Positions 38,216 through 49,940 of a DNA stretch of 64,000 nucleotides are shown in pieces. How positions within the stretch are numbered: position 1 is the first letter of the stretch; every line of letters begins with the position of its first letter. Location: positions 8,953,846 through 9,017,845 of the forward strand of contig CM082577.2 of the NCBI GenBank assembly GCA_040954595.2, given 5' to 3'. The notes under the pieces are model-generated. The model worked only from the letters and a program-made list of their open reading frames with translations, searched no databases and was not told where the DNA came from. Both the position numbers and the translations under genes were made by a program. This DNA is from Balanoglossus misakiensis (Eukaryota > Animalia > Hemichordata).

Positions 38216-41200
38216 CCATCACCTTCCTCCTCATCATCACCATCACCATTATCATCACTGCCATCACCATCACCGTCACGTTCCTCCTCCTCCTCATCAC
38301 CGTCACCTTCATCATCATCGTCGTCATCTTCCACCATCTCCTCAAGTGCCTTAATCCTCGTCCTCAACTCATCAAGACCCTCCTTAAGCTGTTCAGCCAA
38401 CTGGATGCAGATAAACAAACAAAACAACATTGCCTATTTGCTGCTGCTGCATAACACGTACCCATTCTATGTCTTTCCATCAAGGCGCAAGCAAGAATCT
38501 CTCTGAATCACTGAACGGGCGGCAAATTTTTGTCTCTTCCACGGTGCTACTTGTCTGATGTAGTTCTGGCAGACCTGTTTCCCCCAGGAAAGGCACACAT
38601 GGCAGGCTTTGATTTAATGCTTAAAGTAACGCAACACAACGGAAAATCGACGACGCAGATTTCAAGTAAGACATTGACGGTGGCTGTGATGTGTGCGACC
38701 CAGCATAAACACTGACGTGTGAGTCCTTGAGTTTGGTGAAAGGAAAGTCGTAGTTGGTGACGGCAGAGGACAAGCCCAGGCACATGCAGACTTGTATAAC
38801 TCCGTTGTGGTGCAGTCTATTTCATCTAAAGTCAACTGCATTCAAAAGAATCTTGAATCAGTGCAGTGATTCCAACTCAGTAACACAATGCTATACACTT
38901 GTTGGTCTACAGCTAATCTTGCAAGGTACTGGGTGTCAGATATATCACTAGTGATAGAGACTGCAGTAGTAGTGGTACTCGTGAAATTGAAATTGTGTCG
39001 ATCATGACATCACTGTTTCATATACTAGCAATGAGCATACAACATGCATTGAGTGTTGCCAAGACACAGACTTCCTTCACAGTAATATCAATGTTTTGGT
39101 TTCCACGGCTGTGCCACAGTATATATAGATGTGACAGCAAAGCGATGACATGCACGGTATGTTGATCTCTCTCATCATAATAAAGTTCAGTGTACAAAAG
39201 TTGTAACAGACATGGGTCAGAGTGAAGGTGAACCTCTTGTGCATAAAGTCACAAATTATGCGGAGAGTCAGTGATACATGCTACAGTACGATCGAGGAAC
39301 TGTTACATTTGAGTTGAAAGAAAAATATAAACCAAGGACGGAAAACATTCACATGTGGTGTAAATAGTTCAGAATGGTGCACTGACATTTGTCCACAACA
39401 CGTAGAACAATCTGCTGTGTACTGGCAAAATCTAAATTACAAGCAAATTTGCAGCATGTCATGGAAAGTCGATTATCAGGTATTCTATAAGTCCCACTTA
39501 AACCCTTGAAAATACGAAAATAGTCGAATATGGACATTGGAAAATATTTTGCAACAATTGTACTATACAAGTCAAATGGAAGAAGTTATATACAAACAAG
39601 CTCTTTAAAAGTCATTACTTTATAAGAACTGATATTGAAATTTTTTTCATGTAATAATTTTTTTTCCTAAATTTTTTTTGGAATGTGAGTGTAATAGTAC
39701 TATTTGTCATCTTTAGAAGCATCCTTATCATCTTTTTTGTCGTTTTCATCAGATTTTTGCTTGCCCTTTCCCTTATCCTCATTCTTATCATCCCCTGCTT
39801 CTGATTTCCCCCCAGGTATGCCATCAAATTTCTCCTGGATTTCCTCAAACAGCGTCTGCAGGTCTTCGATCTCTTCCTTGCGCTGCTCAGTGAACGGGAA
39901 AAAACAACAACAACATATCCACATCGTGAGAATAGAAGCATGCGAAAGAAGGTTATGCTTGATTTAAGATGTAGACGATGTAAAGTGAGTTTGGGAAATG
40001 AACAAGATAAACCAATGAAAGGTTAGGTCTTTCCTTATTAAAAAACAACATTCACACGCAAACAAATGATTTTTTTTAAACAACAACTATATCTATATGT
40101 TTAAGTTGTGAAAATTTCTGGCATTAACTAATACAGCTGTAACCACAAGATGACACACACAGTAGTCTAACATTTACTACCGACTATTATAAGTTAATAA
40201 AAGGACACAAGCAAATGAAACGATACAGTAAATTCACCTCAAATCATGCAATTATTACATCACAATATTTATTTCAAACCGTAATTAAGACAATGTTATC
40301 AACATGCAAAATTTAAAGCAATTACTTACACCGATATTTGACACTGCATTAACTTTTAATACAACCTTACTTTACAACAGCTTATGTTTATCATATAATA
40401 TTGTCACAATGAGCTAATTAAATGAATGATCTAAATTACTTACTAGAAACATACAAACACCTTAACGTGAAAACAACTTTACATTTGCCCTTTCACGCAT
40501 CAATGCTATGCATGCCCACATGCATACACATAGTTACATATATGGCACATACACATCCATAGACCCATCCATCCATTCACACATACATACATACATACAT
40601 ACATACATACATACATACATACATACATACACACACACATACATACATACACACACACACACACATACATACATACATGTACATACATACATACATACAT
40701 ACATACATACATACATACATACATACATACATACATACACCCCATATATATGGAATTCCAACTGAAATTTCTAACACATATTCTATATAACGCATGAATG
40801 TAAATTCTATTTTTCAGTCAGACTACATACATGCAATAACCACAAACATAAATTCTCCACAAACACACACACACACACTGTAGTTTTGACACCAAACTTT
40901 ACCTGTTTAGTTTCATTCTGTATCTTCATGCCGAGATGAGATCTGACTGTTTGTACACTTTCGCTATTCTTTGAGACCTCTTCCTCCATCTGAAAGACAC
41001 AAAATAGACACAAATACATCAGTTTACACTGTAAATGATTTAAATCGAATATTTCACTCTTTTTTTTCAGAATTTGCTATTTTTTTCAAATCAGGGGTTG
41101 CCTTGTGTCTTTTCACTCAAAGAGACAAACCATTGAAAATATTTTGAAATTCCAAATGGCTGCCAGATGGCACTCAGATATCTTCCATTCATAAACTCTT

Positions 41201-44200
41201 TGTTTTCTTTGACAGAAACTTTGCCTTCTGTATTTATACATGTAGATCATGGGAATAATAAGAAACTGTGCTCTGAACATGGCCTGCAATCAATGTATTC
41301 AATGTTTCATATTTTCTTAACTCAAATCCAGAATCACAACTTACCTCTTTCAGCTTTTGATTAATCTGTAATTACAAAAACACAGAAACAAGGCATTAAT
41401 ACATTATAATGCAAATATCAAAATGTACAGGTGCATAATGTGTACTACTGGTATGGAAATTGTGATTAAACATGGAACGTTCACCCCAAGAGCACATTAA
41501 CCCATGTGCATGTACAGTGTAGGTATAAAACTTTTACTGTTTGAAAGATATTCCTGACATGAACACATATTTCTAGCACGCACTAATATTTGAACAATAA
41601 CTACTGTTAGTTAGAAGCAAGTCTGAAGTCACCAAATGCAATGGGCTTTAACCCTTTCACCTCCAGTTCCCTCTGCAGAGGTCCGACTTTATTATAGAAA
41701 ACAATAGATTTGGACCAAACCATGGTGGTGAAAGAGGTTAATCTAATGAGTAAAGCTTCTAACCTGTTTAATTTCCTGATCGATTTCTTTGAGTTTCTCT
41801 GAAGATTCTTCATCCGGCTTTTCCGGCGCCGTCGGTTCTTCTTTCTCCGGGGCTGGACTGGACGGGGCCGGAGCAGCTCTGGCTATATCTGCTTTCATCT
41901 CTTCCTCCAACCTCTCAATCTCTTGCTTCAACACTCTGTACTGCTCTTCGAAATCAGTTCTGATTCCATTAACTGCAAAATTCCTGAAATATTAAGTAGG
42001 ACAAAGAGTTTAGAGGTATTCCTCCCTAATTTGGTGCGTCTAGCAGCCAACAATACGTGCTGTGTACAAATGCAGAGGCAAAGCAAATCAAAAGAAGTGA
42101 ATAATATGGCATACAGTAGATATCTCACCTGTCCTTGTTTTCCCGTTCAATATCTCCCTGTATTTTATCTTGCATTCGTTGCAATTCTTCATTGGTGCTC
42201 ATTTCGGAAACCTAGACGAAACATCAACAGTCAAAACTAAAGATTACAAACATATCCACGTGATGTTTTGCCAACAAAACAAACAATTTCAATTTCTTTT
42301 TTTATCTGTAACGATATTTGACGCATTTAGTGATAATTCTGAATTTTTTTTCTTCCGGCAAACACGATTTCCATGAAAGAGATATAGAAGGTTGGACATC
42401 TTCCTTTGGTATCAATCATAGACTTCCATGACAACATAATTAAAATCACAGCTATACAGGATGATGGCCATGAATCGAAACGAAATCAATTCTAACCTTT
42501 GGGTCGATTTCGTCCAACCTCTCCTTCAAATCTTTCAACGTCTTGTCAGTGCTGTCTCTCCAGTCACCAAACTCATCAAGTATCTCACCTTGCGACTCGC
42601 TCTTCTTCTGCAGACCCTGCTCAAACACAGAGACAAACAAAGACACTTGAGGATAAATGAAAACTGTCTGATTGTTATAGGTAAACTTCAATACTCCGGT
42701 TTATTTTCACATCCATTTCTGAGTAGTACATGTACACAGAAACTTTTTCAAAATACAAACTTGACTGCTATCATGATCTGGAAAATATTTACTATCAGAA
42801 AATATCACACTAGAGTAAAACTGGCTTTTGGACATGGTAGTACATACACAAACACAGGTCAGTTATTTTGTGTGTTTCAAGCAAGATAAGCACTAGTATG
42901 CGACTTTGATACCACTGCACTGGTGGATTTATACTATGTTGACTGAAGTGGTAGAAAAGGTCTAATTGCTGTTGTGCGCATGATGGATTATCACAGGAGC
43001 TCCCAGTGGGTGTAACTAAGAGCTAAGTACATGTAGCTATCCTGTAAGTACCTTTTGACTTTCCTATATAGCAGCATGAAAACAGAAAAGGAATAACACA
43101 TCAACAACATTAATTATGTTTCATTCATTTATATGCCATTTCAGGAATTTTTGAAGAGTTTTGAAGGTTATTCAAAAAATGCTATTGAATCTATAGAGGT
43201 AATCTCAGCCCTCTCCAGGCCAAGGCTTGGCAGGGAAAGGGTTAATTCACAATGCTGTGTGTGTTTACTATTTGTTCGATGCCCATATTTACTCACAAGT
43301 TCTTGGAGAGGGCTGAGATTCCCTCTATAGATTAAATAGCATTTGTGGAATAACCTTCAAAACTCTTAGTTCAACCCTACTGTTAAGTGTGTGGTCAGAT
43401 CTATTTACAGGGCAGTGTGAGCGTAAGGGTTGAAGGGTTGTAGTCCTGGGACCTTGTGCGTGAGGGGGGGGGGGGGGGGGGTTTGCAGTCTTAGGCTGTG
43501 GATGCATGGATAGAGGGTGTCTAAAATGCCACCAGGGCAGCATGTTACACAGATAATGTGTGGTGTTACTGCTACATGTAGGGTTTAAACTAATATCCAA
43601 CAAAGGGTTAGTAATAAAAGACATTTTGATGAATGATCACAAATCATTACCCTCTCCACATTGAGACCATCCAGTGCCTGGTTGTGTGACAGCATGAAAT
43701 GGAAAGTGGAAACAAACATAAAAAGCAAATGAACACACAGAGACATCACATATGTATGCAGGTATATTCAGCGATGCTGAAAGATGGAAATATGAAAATT
43801 ATTTGAATCAAACAAACTGATCAAAATATCTCTTGTGTATAGCTAAGAAGACTAAGAGATAAAAGTACACTGGTCCAGTCACAATAAACATCCAAATGAC
43901 ACAGGGTTCAAAAACAACCTGAGAAAACTGTCCAAGATAATTTTACTACGCTGACAAAGGTTCATGGGGTGGAGGTTTTCTATGAGTTACTTGACATAAT
44001 ACGAAAGAGACTGCATTTTTCACCCAGCTGGAGTTCTAAATCTTACACTGAATAGCAAATTATTTTTCACTGGGTACATGTTATGTGGGTGTTACGGTAA
44101 TATTCTTAGACTACATTGAGATCATGGTACAAGTACGTGTCTACCATTACCATGGTTATGACTTCTTATACAACTATGGAAGATGAGAATCTACTTCTAA

Positions 44201-46046
44201 AATCAATGATGTGCACTTATTTTTCTGTATGCATGCTATGGTATCTAACATATATTTATGACAATAACATTGTGTTGTCTACTCAAGGTGTAGGTGGAAA
44301 TTAGTTTCGGATTTACATGATCACTAATTCTGAAACTACATGTGATGGGGTGGCGGCTAGTCAAATGCACTAACATGTACTTTCTATGTAGGCTAGCTAT
44401 CATATGCAGTTAAAGATCTGTACCCTTATTGCCTGGAATGGATGCAACATGATGCACCAGTCATTGACAGTGGCAGTCACCGATCATATTTTGAGAGTAG
44501 TCAATGAAGCACCAAAATCAGGAGACAGAAGAAGAAGATACAGACAGAAGAAACAAGACACAACATGAGTTAGTGCATCAGTTGGTGACACAACCAAGAC
44601 AGCTAGCTGCTGATTGACGGATACCTACAACACACACAAACAAATCATCAGATAACATGATTCAGAAAAAAAAAAAAATGAGACATGTCTTTCACCACAT
44701 ACCTCAGCAATTTTCTTTTCCAGCTGTTCCTCTTGTTTGGCAACTTTCGCATCAAGGGTCATGACCCTGGTATCTAGATCTGCCAATCCCCGAAGCCCAG
44801 TCTGGTTTTGTTCTTCAAGAAGTTCTCTCAACTTTCCTTCAGCCTGAAAAAAAACAACAAATCAAAGTAAATGTGTTTGTACTGATTTGTATCTGTTATT
44901 ATTCTTCAATGCACCCCAGATGATCAGAGAACATGTTTGTCTTGCTCCGAAAGGTCCAGACTCTTTCGAGTTTGACGTACAAGACTGACCTGTAGCTGAG
45001 GTTTAATTATTAGCAAAAGTGTGAGTGTGTATGAGTGCCTGCAGCAAGTGACCAGCATCTTCAACCACTTGCACCACTTACCGTCTTAGCTGATTCACCA
45101 ACTTGTGCATTGATGCCACCTATTGCTTGCTGTAATGTGGAGATGGCGATACCAAGCTTTTCCTGCACATCTTCAATTTTGTCTTGTATGTGTTTGTCTT
45201 GTAGTTGCCTGTTTGAGTGACACATACATTTTGTAGTTACAAATACCTTTACTGAGCAAAAAACGTTAACAATATTTTAATTTCACCTTGGAAAAAAATT
45301 GGATATCCATCAGAAGAGTTACAAGGAGTTAAAAAATATTTCCACTATGACTGTAAATATGAAAAAAAGGATTATAGCTAAAATAGCTTTGCACTTTCCA
45401 AGAAAGAAACATGATTTACCTGGACTTGATTTCAGCTTTCATAACTTGCTCTAACTGCTTCTTGGTTTCAGCTTGTTGCTTTTCTAACGTTTCGATGGCA
45501 TCGTTGGTTTTGTTGAGACCCTCTACCTGTTTATGCTTATCAATCTGAAATGTTATGTTAGACATGGTGGTTGGAGTAATGTGGTAACACTGCCAACAAA
45601 TATTCATTGAATATCATTGAAGTATGAAATGCAACTCACCCTGTGTCCTTCCCTCACATTGAGTACTTCATCTTCTGTCAACTTCTGTAAGGAATTCCAC
45701 CTCTTCTCATTTTCATCCCTCATGGCTTGCTCATGCGCTATCCTAGCAGCCTGCTCCGCATGAAAAGACTGCAAGAGATAAGGTACATATGTGAAAACTG
45801 GATGTTGTTTCTCATAAGATATTCAGAAGATATAGCAAAACCAAACCTGCTTTGCTACTATGTACATGTGTACGTACATGTACACTATAAACGCATATTT
45901 TGAAGTTTGTAGTGCAACAATGAAAATCATTTGATTACACATGTGCTTTACATTCACCTGGACAGGTCTTTCCGAAGAAAACAACTGACTGTTATCCTCC
46001 AGCAGTGTACCATAGACTCTTTTGGATGTTTGTCTGTCTGTCTCTA

Positions 46047-46078
<32 letters not shown>

Positions 46079-49000
46079 GACAAAACAAACACTAACTCTT
46101 GAAGTTCACAGTTACTGTTTGCCATGTTATAAAATACGCCACGATTTCCCGTATGTACCTTTTCCATGTTTGTAAACTTTTGCTGGATCTCCTCCCTTAG
46201 CCGGATTTCTTTGTTTAGGATTTTCTTGCTGACTTCTTCCGCGATTTCCGCTATTTTGCCCTGTAATTTGAGTCTCTCATTGTCTGCAGCATGTTCTCGT
46301 TCCCTCTGGACCACATCCAGAGAATGCATGGCTTCATCTCGTTTCCTGTCGTGTTCATGAATCTGTGCCTGCATATCATTCATTCTGTAGCAGAGAAATA
46401 AATTTTACAATAAACTTTTTGATTGACTGAAGAAGAAAGCAATGTATGTTGACTTATACAAACAGAGTAATTAAATAGTTACTGGGCCAACTTTGGACTT
46501 CAAGTCTCAATACAAGTCACTTCAAACACTCAAACTGGAAACATCTTGATAACTACATGTACAGCTCTACATTTTATTGAAAAGTAAAATTTGAAGTTTG
46601 GATACAGTCATTCAAAACAACATCAATTTTGAGATATATTTTTTGCCACATGGGAGCTCTGTTGACTGAAAATCTTGGTAAATAGCGCCATCACACAATA
46701 GCTATGACTTTTTTTTTGGGGGGGGGGTGTTATTCACTGGGAATATCATTTATTCAATAGCTCATAACATCTTACTTAATATAGTATTGATTTTCATTCT
46801 GTCTCCTTTCTGCTTCTTCTTGCTGGACACGATTTCTGATGTCCATCAATGCATCTCTTATTTCTCCTAACCTGTTGAGTAAAGGGAAATTTTTTATGTG
46901 ATAAATATGTGATAGTAATGACAAGGTTACTGCAAGTACATGTACATGTACAATATAGAACGAACAAAAACTTAATTTTTTTCACTGTTTACTTTGGCAT
47001 ACAGAACAAGAAACAAGGCGCATATAACATTGTTGGTACATGTACATAGAAATGGAGCAAAGTTAGTAAGTTAGAATGCAGGAAGCCACACTAAACTGTA
47101 GTTAGAACAAATTACTGAAGAGGAAAACGGCAACATGCTGAGTTGGGGTGAAAGATTAAGTTATTGATTCGGGATGCCAGTTTAACACAGATAAATTGTG
47201 TGCATGTGTGCGTGTGTGTAAGCTACCAAGACTTGCAGGGCAAAGTATCTGAGTGTGTATGAATATCAGTCCAACTGTCTGTAAATGTGCATGTTGTCAA
47301 ATGTGTGTGTGGTTGTTTGAGGGTATGATCAATGATGGCCACTACTGTGTGTCTGTCTGTACATACATGTAGGAACGTATTTTGTCAATAAACTATGCTC
47401 AGTGCAAACACTACATTACACTATACCTGGACTCAATTTGTGCTCAAGCATGTTAGTGGCTTGTTCTGCAGAGGATTGATTCCTGTGAATTTATAAGGCG
47501 GAGGTGCTCCATCTATTGTAATGCAAGTTTGTTTTTATGGCAAGCATGCATGCAGATAAAAAAAATAAAAAAGCAGAACCCAAATACATGAAGCAAGCAA
47601 GCAATGTAATATGGTTTAATTACAAATAAATGTGAACTAAACCAGCAAATCAACTTTTCAATAATACTGAAACGAAAAAAAATCCAGTTGGTGCACTGGT
47701 CCTTCTTACCTACTGTTTATATGAAGTTTAAGTTGAACAAACTCCTGATCCACAAGATTTCGATTGTCGTACGTTTTTCGAGTCTCATAAATCTGTCAGT
47801 AGAGATACGGGCAAACCAATGCAAGTGACAATACATAAACAGACATATACATGTAAGATACACAGATTCAACAGAAAACACATGGGTACAACTATAGACC
47901 TACTCGGGAATAAAATGTCACACACAGAAGACTGCAGAGTTCTATGGAAAAGAGACACTGAAGAAATTGCTCGACGGTGGTACAAACAAATGCATGTACA
48001 AGTGAGTTGAACCATCAATACATGTAGGAATACACATACATTAATTTCTCTAGTCACAGATGGCTGCAAGCATATAGATCTGCCATCTTTTCTAGAGTAA
48101 GCATGACAGATAATACAAGAATAAAGAGAGAACCTTACAGAAGAATAATTTAAAATTTATAAATTTCACAGTCCCAAGAAATAAACCTTACCTTCTGAGA
48201 TTCCAAATGTAGAATGAGAGGATCAAATTAATGGATGAAATATGTCAGGTGAAAAATTGGTAAACTATGAACTACATGAGAATTTGAATGATTATAAAAG
48301 GAATATCAGGTTTTAAGATTAAAGTAAGCTTTTCTCTTTTTACATCATTGATTTGAAAGTCACAATAAAAATTGACCTACCGCTTGTCTGTTATCTTCTT
48401 CGAGTCGTTTCGACCTTTCTTTCAATTCATGTAAAACACTGTTATATTCCATTTGCTGTGTGTCTACTCTACTTTTTATTGTTCGTATTTCATCGACAAG
48501 TGTCGCCGTTGCCCTTTCCATCTGCTCCCGCATCCTGTTGGCTTCTTCTAAGTCGTTTCGTAACTCAGCAATCCTGAAAAAAGCATTACGAATTTGTTTA
48601 CTATCTTTCTCACTAAATATTGAACACAGAATAACACACATTTAGTCTCTTCAAACATTTGACGTTAGTATTTTATACCAATTTGTTTCTCCATTCAGAA
48701 ATCTCAGTCCATGAACTCAAAAAATATACGTCAGCTCTCCAATGAATACATGAACTTTCACGAGCATATTTCCATTCACCCTGAAAATAGTACCAATCAA
48801 AACACTACAAGCATCGGGTTAAACCAAACACATATCTTTCACCAGAAAACATAGCATTACTTTGCATATTGTTGATCTCTTCTGGATAAAATTTCTTGTT
48901 GACTTCCTAAGACGGCTTGCTCCACCTGTTTTGTGTGATTCACCAAAGCACCGACCGCCGCCCTCTCATCTTGCACTTTTTCTTCGGCTCTTTTGAGTCG

Positions 49001-49940
49001 GGCTCCCAGCTGTCCGATGAGGTCATTGGCTGCTCGTAAATTTTCCGTCAGGTGTTGACGTGCCTGTCTCTCTGCTCCGAGGGAATCTTCTGTTCTTCGG
49101 TGCGACTGTTTCAAGTCTCCTGTTGTTATTACAAGAACAAAGTTAAAATGCAGGATCACAGTGAAATTTTTTTTTACCTTTACTGTTGTGTCATATGTGT
49201 TGAAAACAATGGTGTATAATGACTATGTGTAGCGTGAGATGCCTAATTAGTATAAACTTTATTTTGGACTATACTGTCCATGTCTCCATGACAAAAAGAA
49301 AGTACAGAATATGTATAGATATCTGTGAAACCTGACATTTGTTTTTCTTCATCAAGCTCATACAAATATGTTGATCTACCTTTGTGAAATACTGTAAAAC
49401 ACTTTATTTTCACGAGTTGAAATTTTCGCGATATCGAGAGAGGCCACTGTTTCGCGAGTATTAATTTTCGCGTTCTCTTATTTCATTCACTGCATCGTTA
49501 TCTTCAAAAAAAATTTAAGCGACTTTTTATTTTCACACTATTTTGGTTCTCGCGTATTTCGCGAAAATTTATTGCTCGCGAAAATAAAGTGTTTTACAGT
49601 ATTCTCTTTATAGACCTCTGACTGTCTGTAAACTCAGCAGCATCGCCCTCCCTCTCTTTCTCCCCCCCTCTACCCCCTCTCCCTCTGGGACACTAATCAG
49701 ACCGATAGAGGGCACACTTCACCTTGCAACCTGACCACCTCTTCCAGTAGAGCTCTATTGGACTGTTCAGCAATGCCCAGTCTCTGTTCAAGCGTTCTTG
49801 TCCTGCCCGGGTCCCCATAGTCATTATAGCCAAGACTGGACAACTGTGACTTCCTTCCAGCGTAAGGAACCACTTCCCTGTCTTGAGGCGGGGGAGTGGT
49901 GGCGATTCCAGGCAGTGGGGCCGCTCTGTTTCCCAATAAC
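36273..49940 (-). CDS. CCDC154: CCDC154-like coiled-coil protein, paralogue B (exon 6 frameshifted in this sequence; first exon uncertain)
   Basis: Exons 49723-49940, 48861-49119, 48381-48573, 48192-48194, 47427-47512 (contains stops), 46776-46871, 46159-46384, 45640-45768, 45420-45544, 45082-45208, 44703-44843, 43651-43677, 43052-43063, 42497-42616, 42129-42211, 41764-41983, 41345-41365, 40903-40989, then 39700-39882, 37996-38400 or 36273-36545. Exon phases match copy A one-to-one and most exon sizes are identical. Confidence 0.78.
36603..36812. mobile_element. ~210-bp TA-flanked MITE (Tc1/mariner-type), CTGTAAAACACTTTATTTT inverted repeats
   Basis: TA|CTGTAAAACACTTTATTTT ... AAAATAAAGTGTTTTACAG|CA; CGCGAAA sub-repeats; close inverted copy at 49392-49599. 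Confidence 0.85.
37996..38400 (-). CDS. Paralogue B middle alternative last exon (LAEQLKEGLDELRTRIKALEE, Asp/Glu/Gly tract, basic tail)
   Basis: T-rich acceptor ...TTTGTTTATCTGCATCCAG, phase 0, 135 codons to TGA, begins with a heptad-like segment. No counterpart found in copy A. Confidence 0.65.
39700..39882 (-). CDS. Paralogue B proximal alternative last exon (RKEEIEDLQTLFEEIQEKFDG...DASKDDK*)
   Basis: Phase-0 acceptor CTGAGCAG; first 21 residues identical to the copy A exon. Confidence 0.75.
   Translation of the reverse strand, partial: RKEEIEDLQTLFEEIQEKFDGIPGGKSEAGDDKNEDKGKGKQKSDENDKKDDKDASKDDK
40581..40740. repeat. (ACAT)n/(AC)n microsatellite
   Basis: Directly visible. Confidence 0.95.
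41345..41365 (-). CDS. 21-nt microexon (INQKLKE), copy B
   Basis: TAATTACAG|ATTAATCAAAAGCTGAAAGAG|GTAAGT; synonymous changes versus copy A. Confidence 0.8.
41652..41737. mobile_element. ~86-bp piggyBac-like MITE
   Basis: TTAA|CCCTTTCACC ... GGTGAAAGAGG|TTAA; related copies at 29153-29237 and a left-end fragment at about 61748-61785. Confidence 0.75.
43052..43677 (-). CDS. Consecutive microexons of 27 nt (43651-43677, ALDGLNVER) and 12 nt (43052-43063, ESQK), copy B
   Basis: Canonical AG/GT flanks, phase 0; upstream CATGCTGCT and TTTCCATTTCA(C/T)GCTGTC conserved with copy A. Confidence 0.72.
43154..43367. repeat. Long inverted repeat, 64-bp arms (43154-43217 / 43304-43367), 86-nt spacer
   Basis: Arms are reverse complements with 4 mismatches. 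Confidence 0.85.
46030..46078. repeat. (TGTC)n/(TC)n microsatellite
   Basis: Directly visible. Confidence 0.85.
48192..48194 (-). CDS. 3-nt microexon (AAG, Lys), copy B
   Basis: CATTTGGAATCTCAG|AAG|GTAAGG; conserved with copy A inside an otherwise diverged intron. Confidence 0.65.
49392..49599. mobile_element. Second copy (opposite orientation) of the TA-flanked MITE
   Basis: TA|CTGTAAAACACTTTATTTT ... AAAATAAAGTGTTTTACAG|TA; interior is the reverse complement of 36603-36812. Confidence 0.85.

Noticed and set aside
37830-38506. Overlapping ORFs rich in His, Ser, Ile or Met
   Set aside because: Shadow frames of the trinucleotide-repeat exon at 37996-38400.
40506-40795. CMYV/HTYI-repeat ORFs
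   Set aside because: Translations of an (ACAT)n microsatellite.
21510-49940. Possibility that the two copies are an uncollapsed haplotype artefact
   Set aside because: Introns are largely unalignable, transposon insertions differ and C-terminal exons are far too diverged for alleles.
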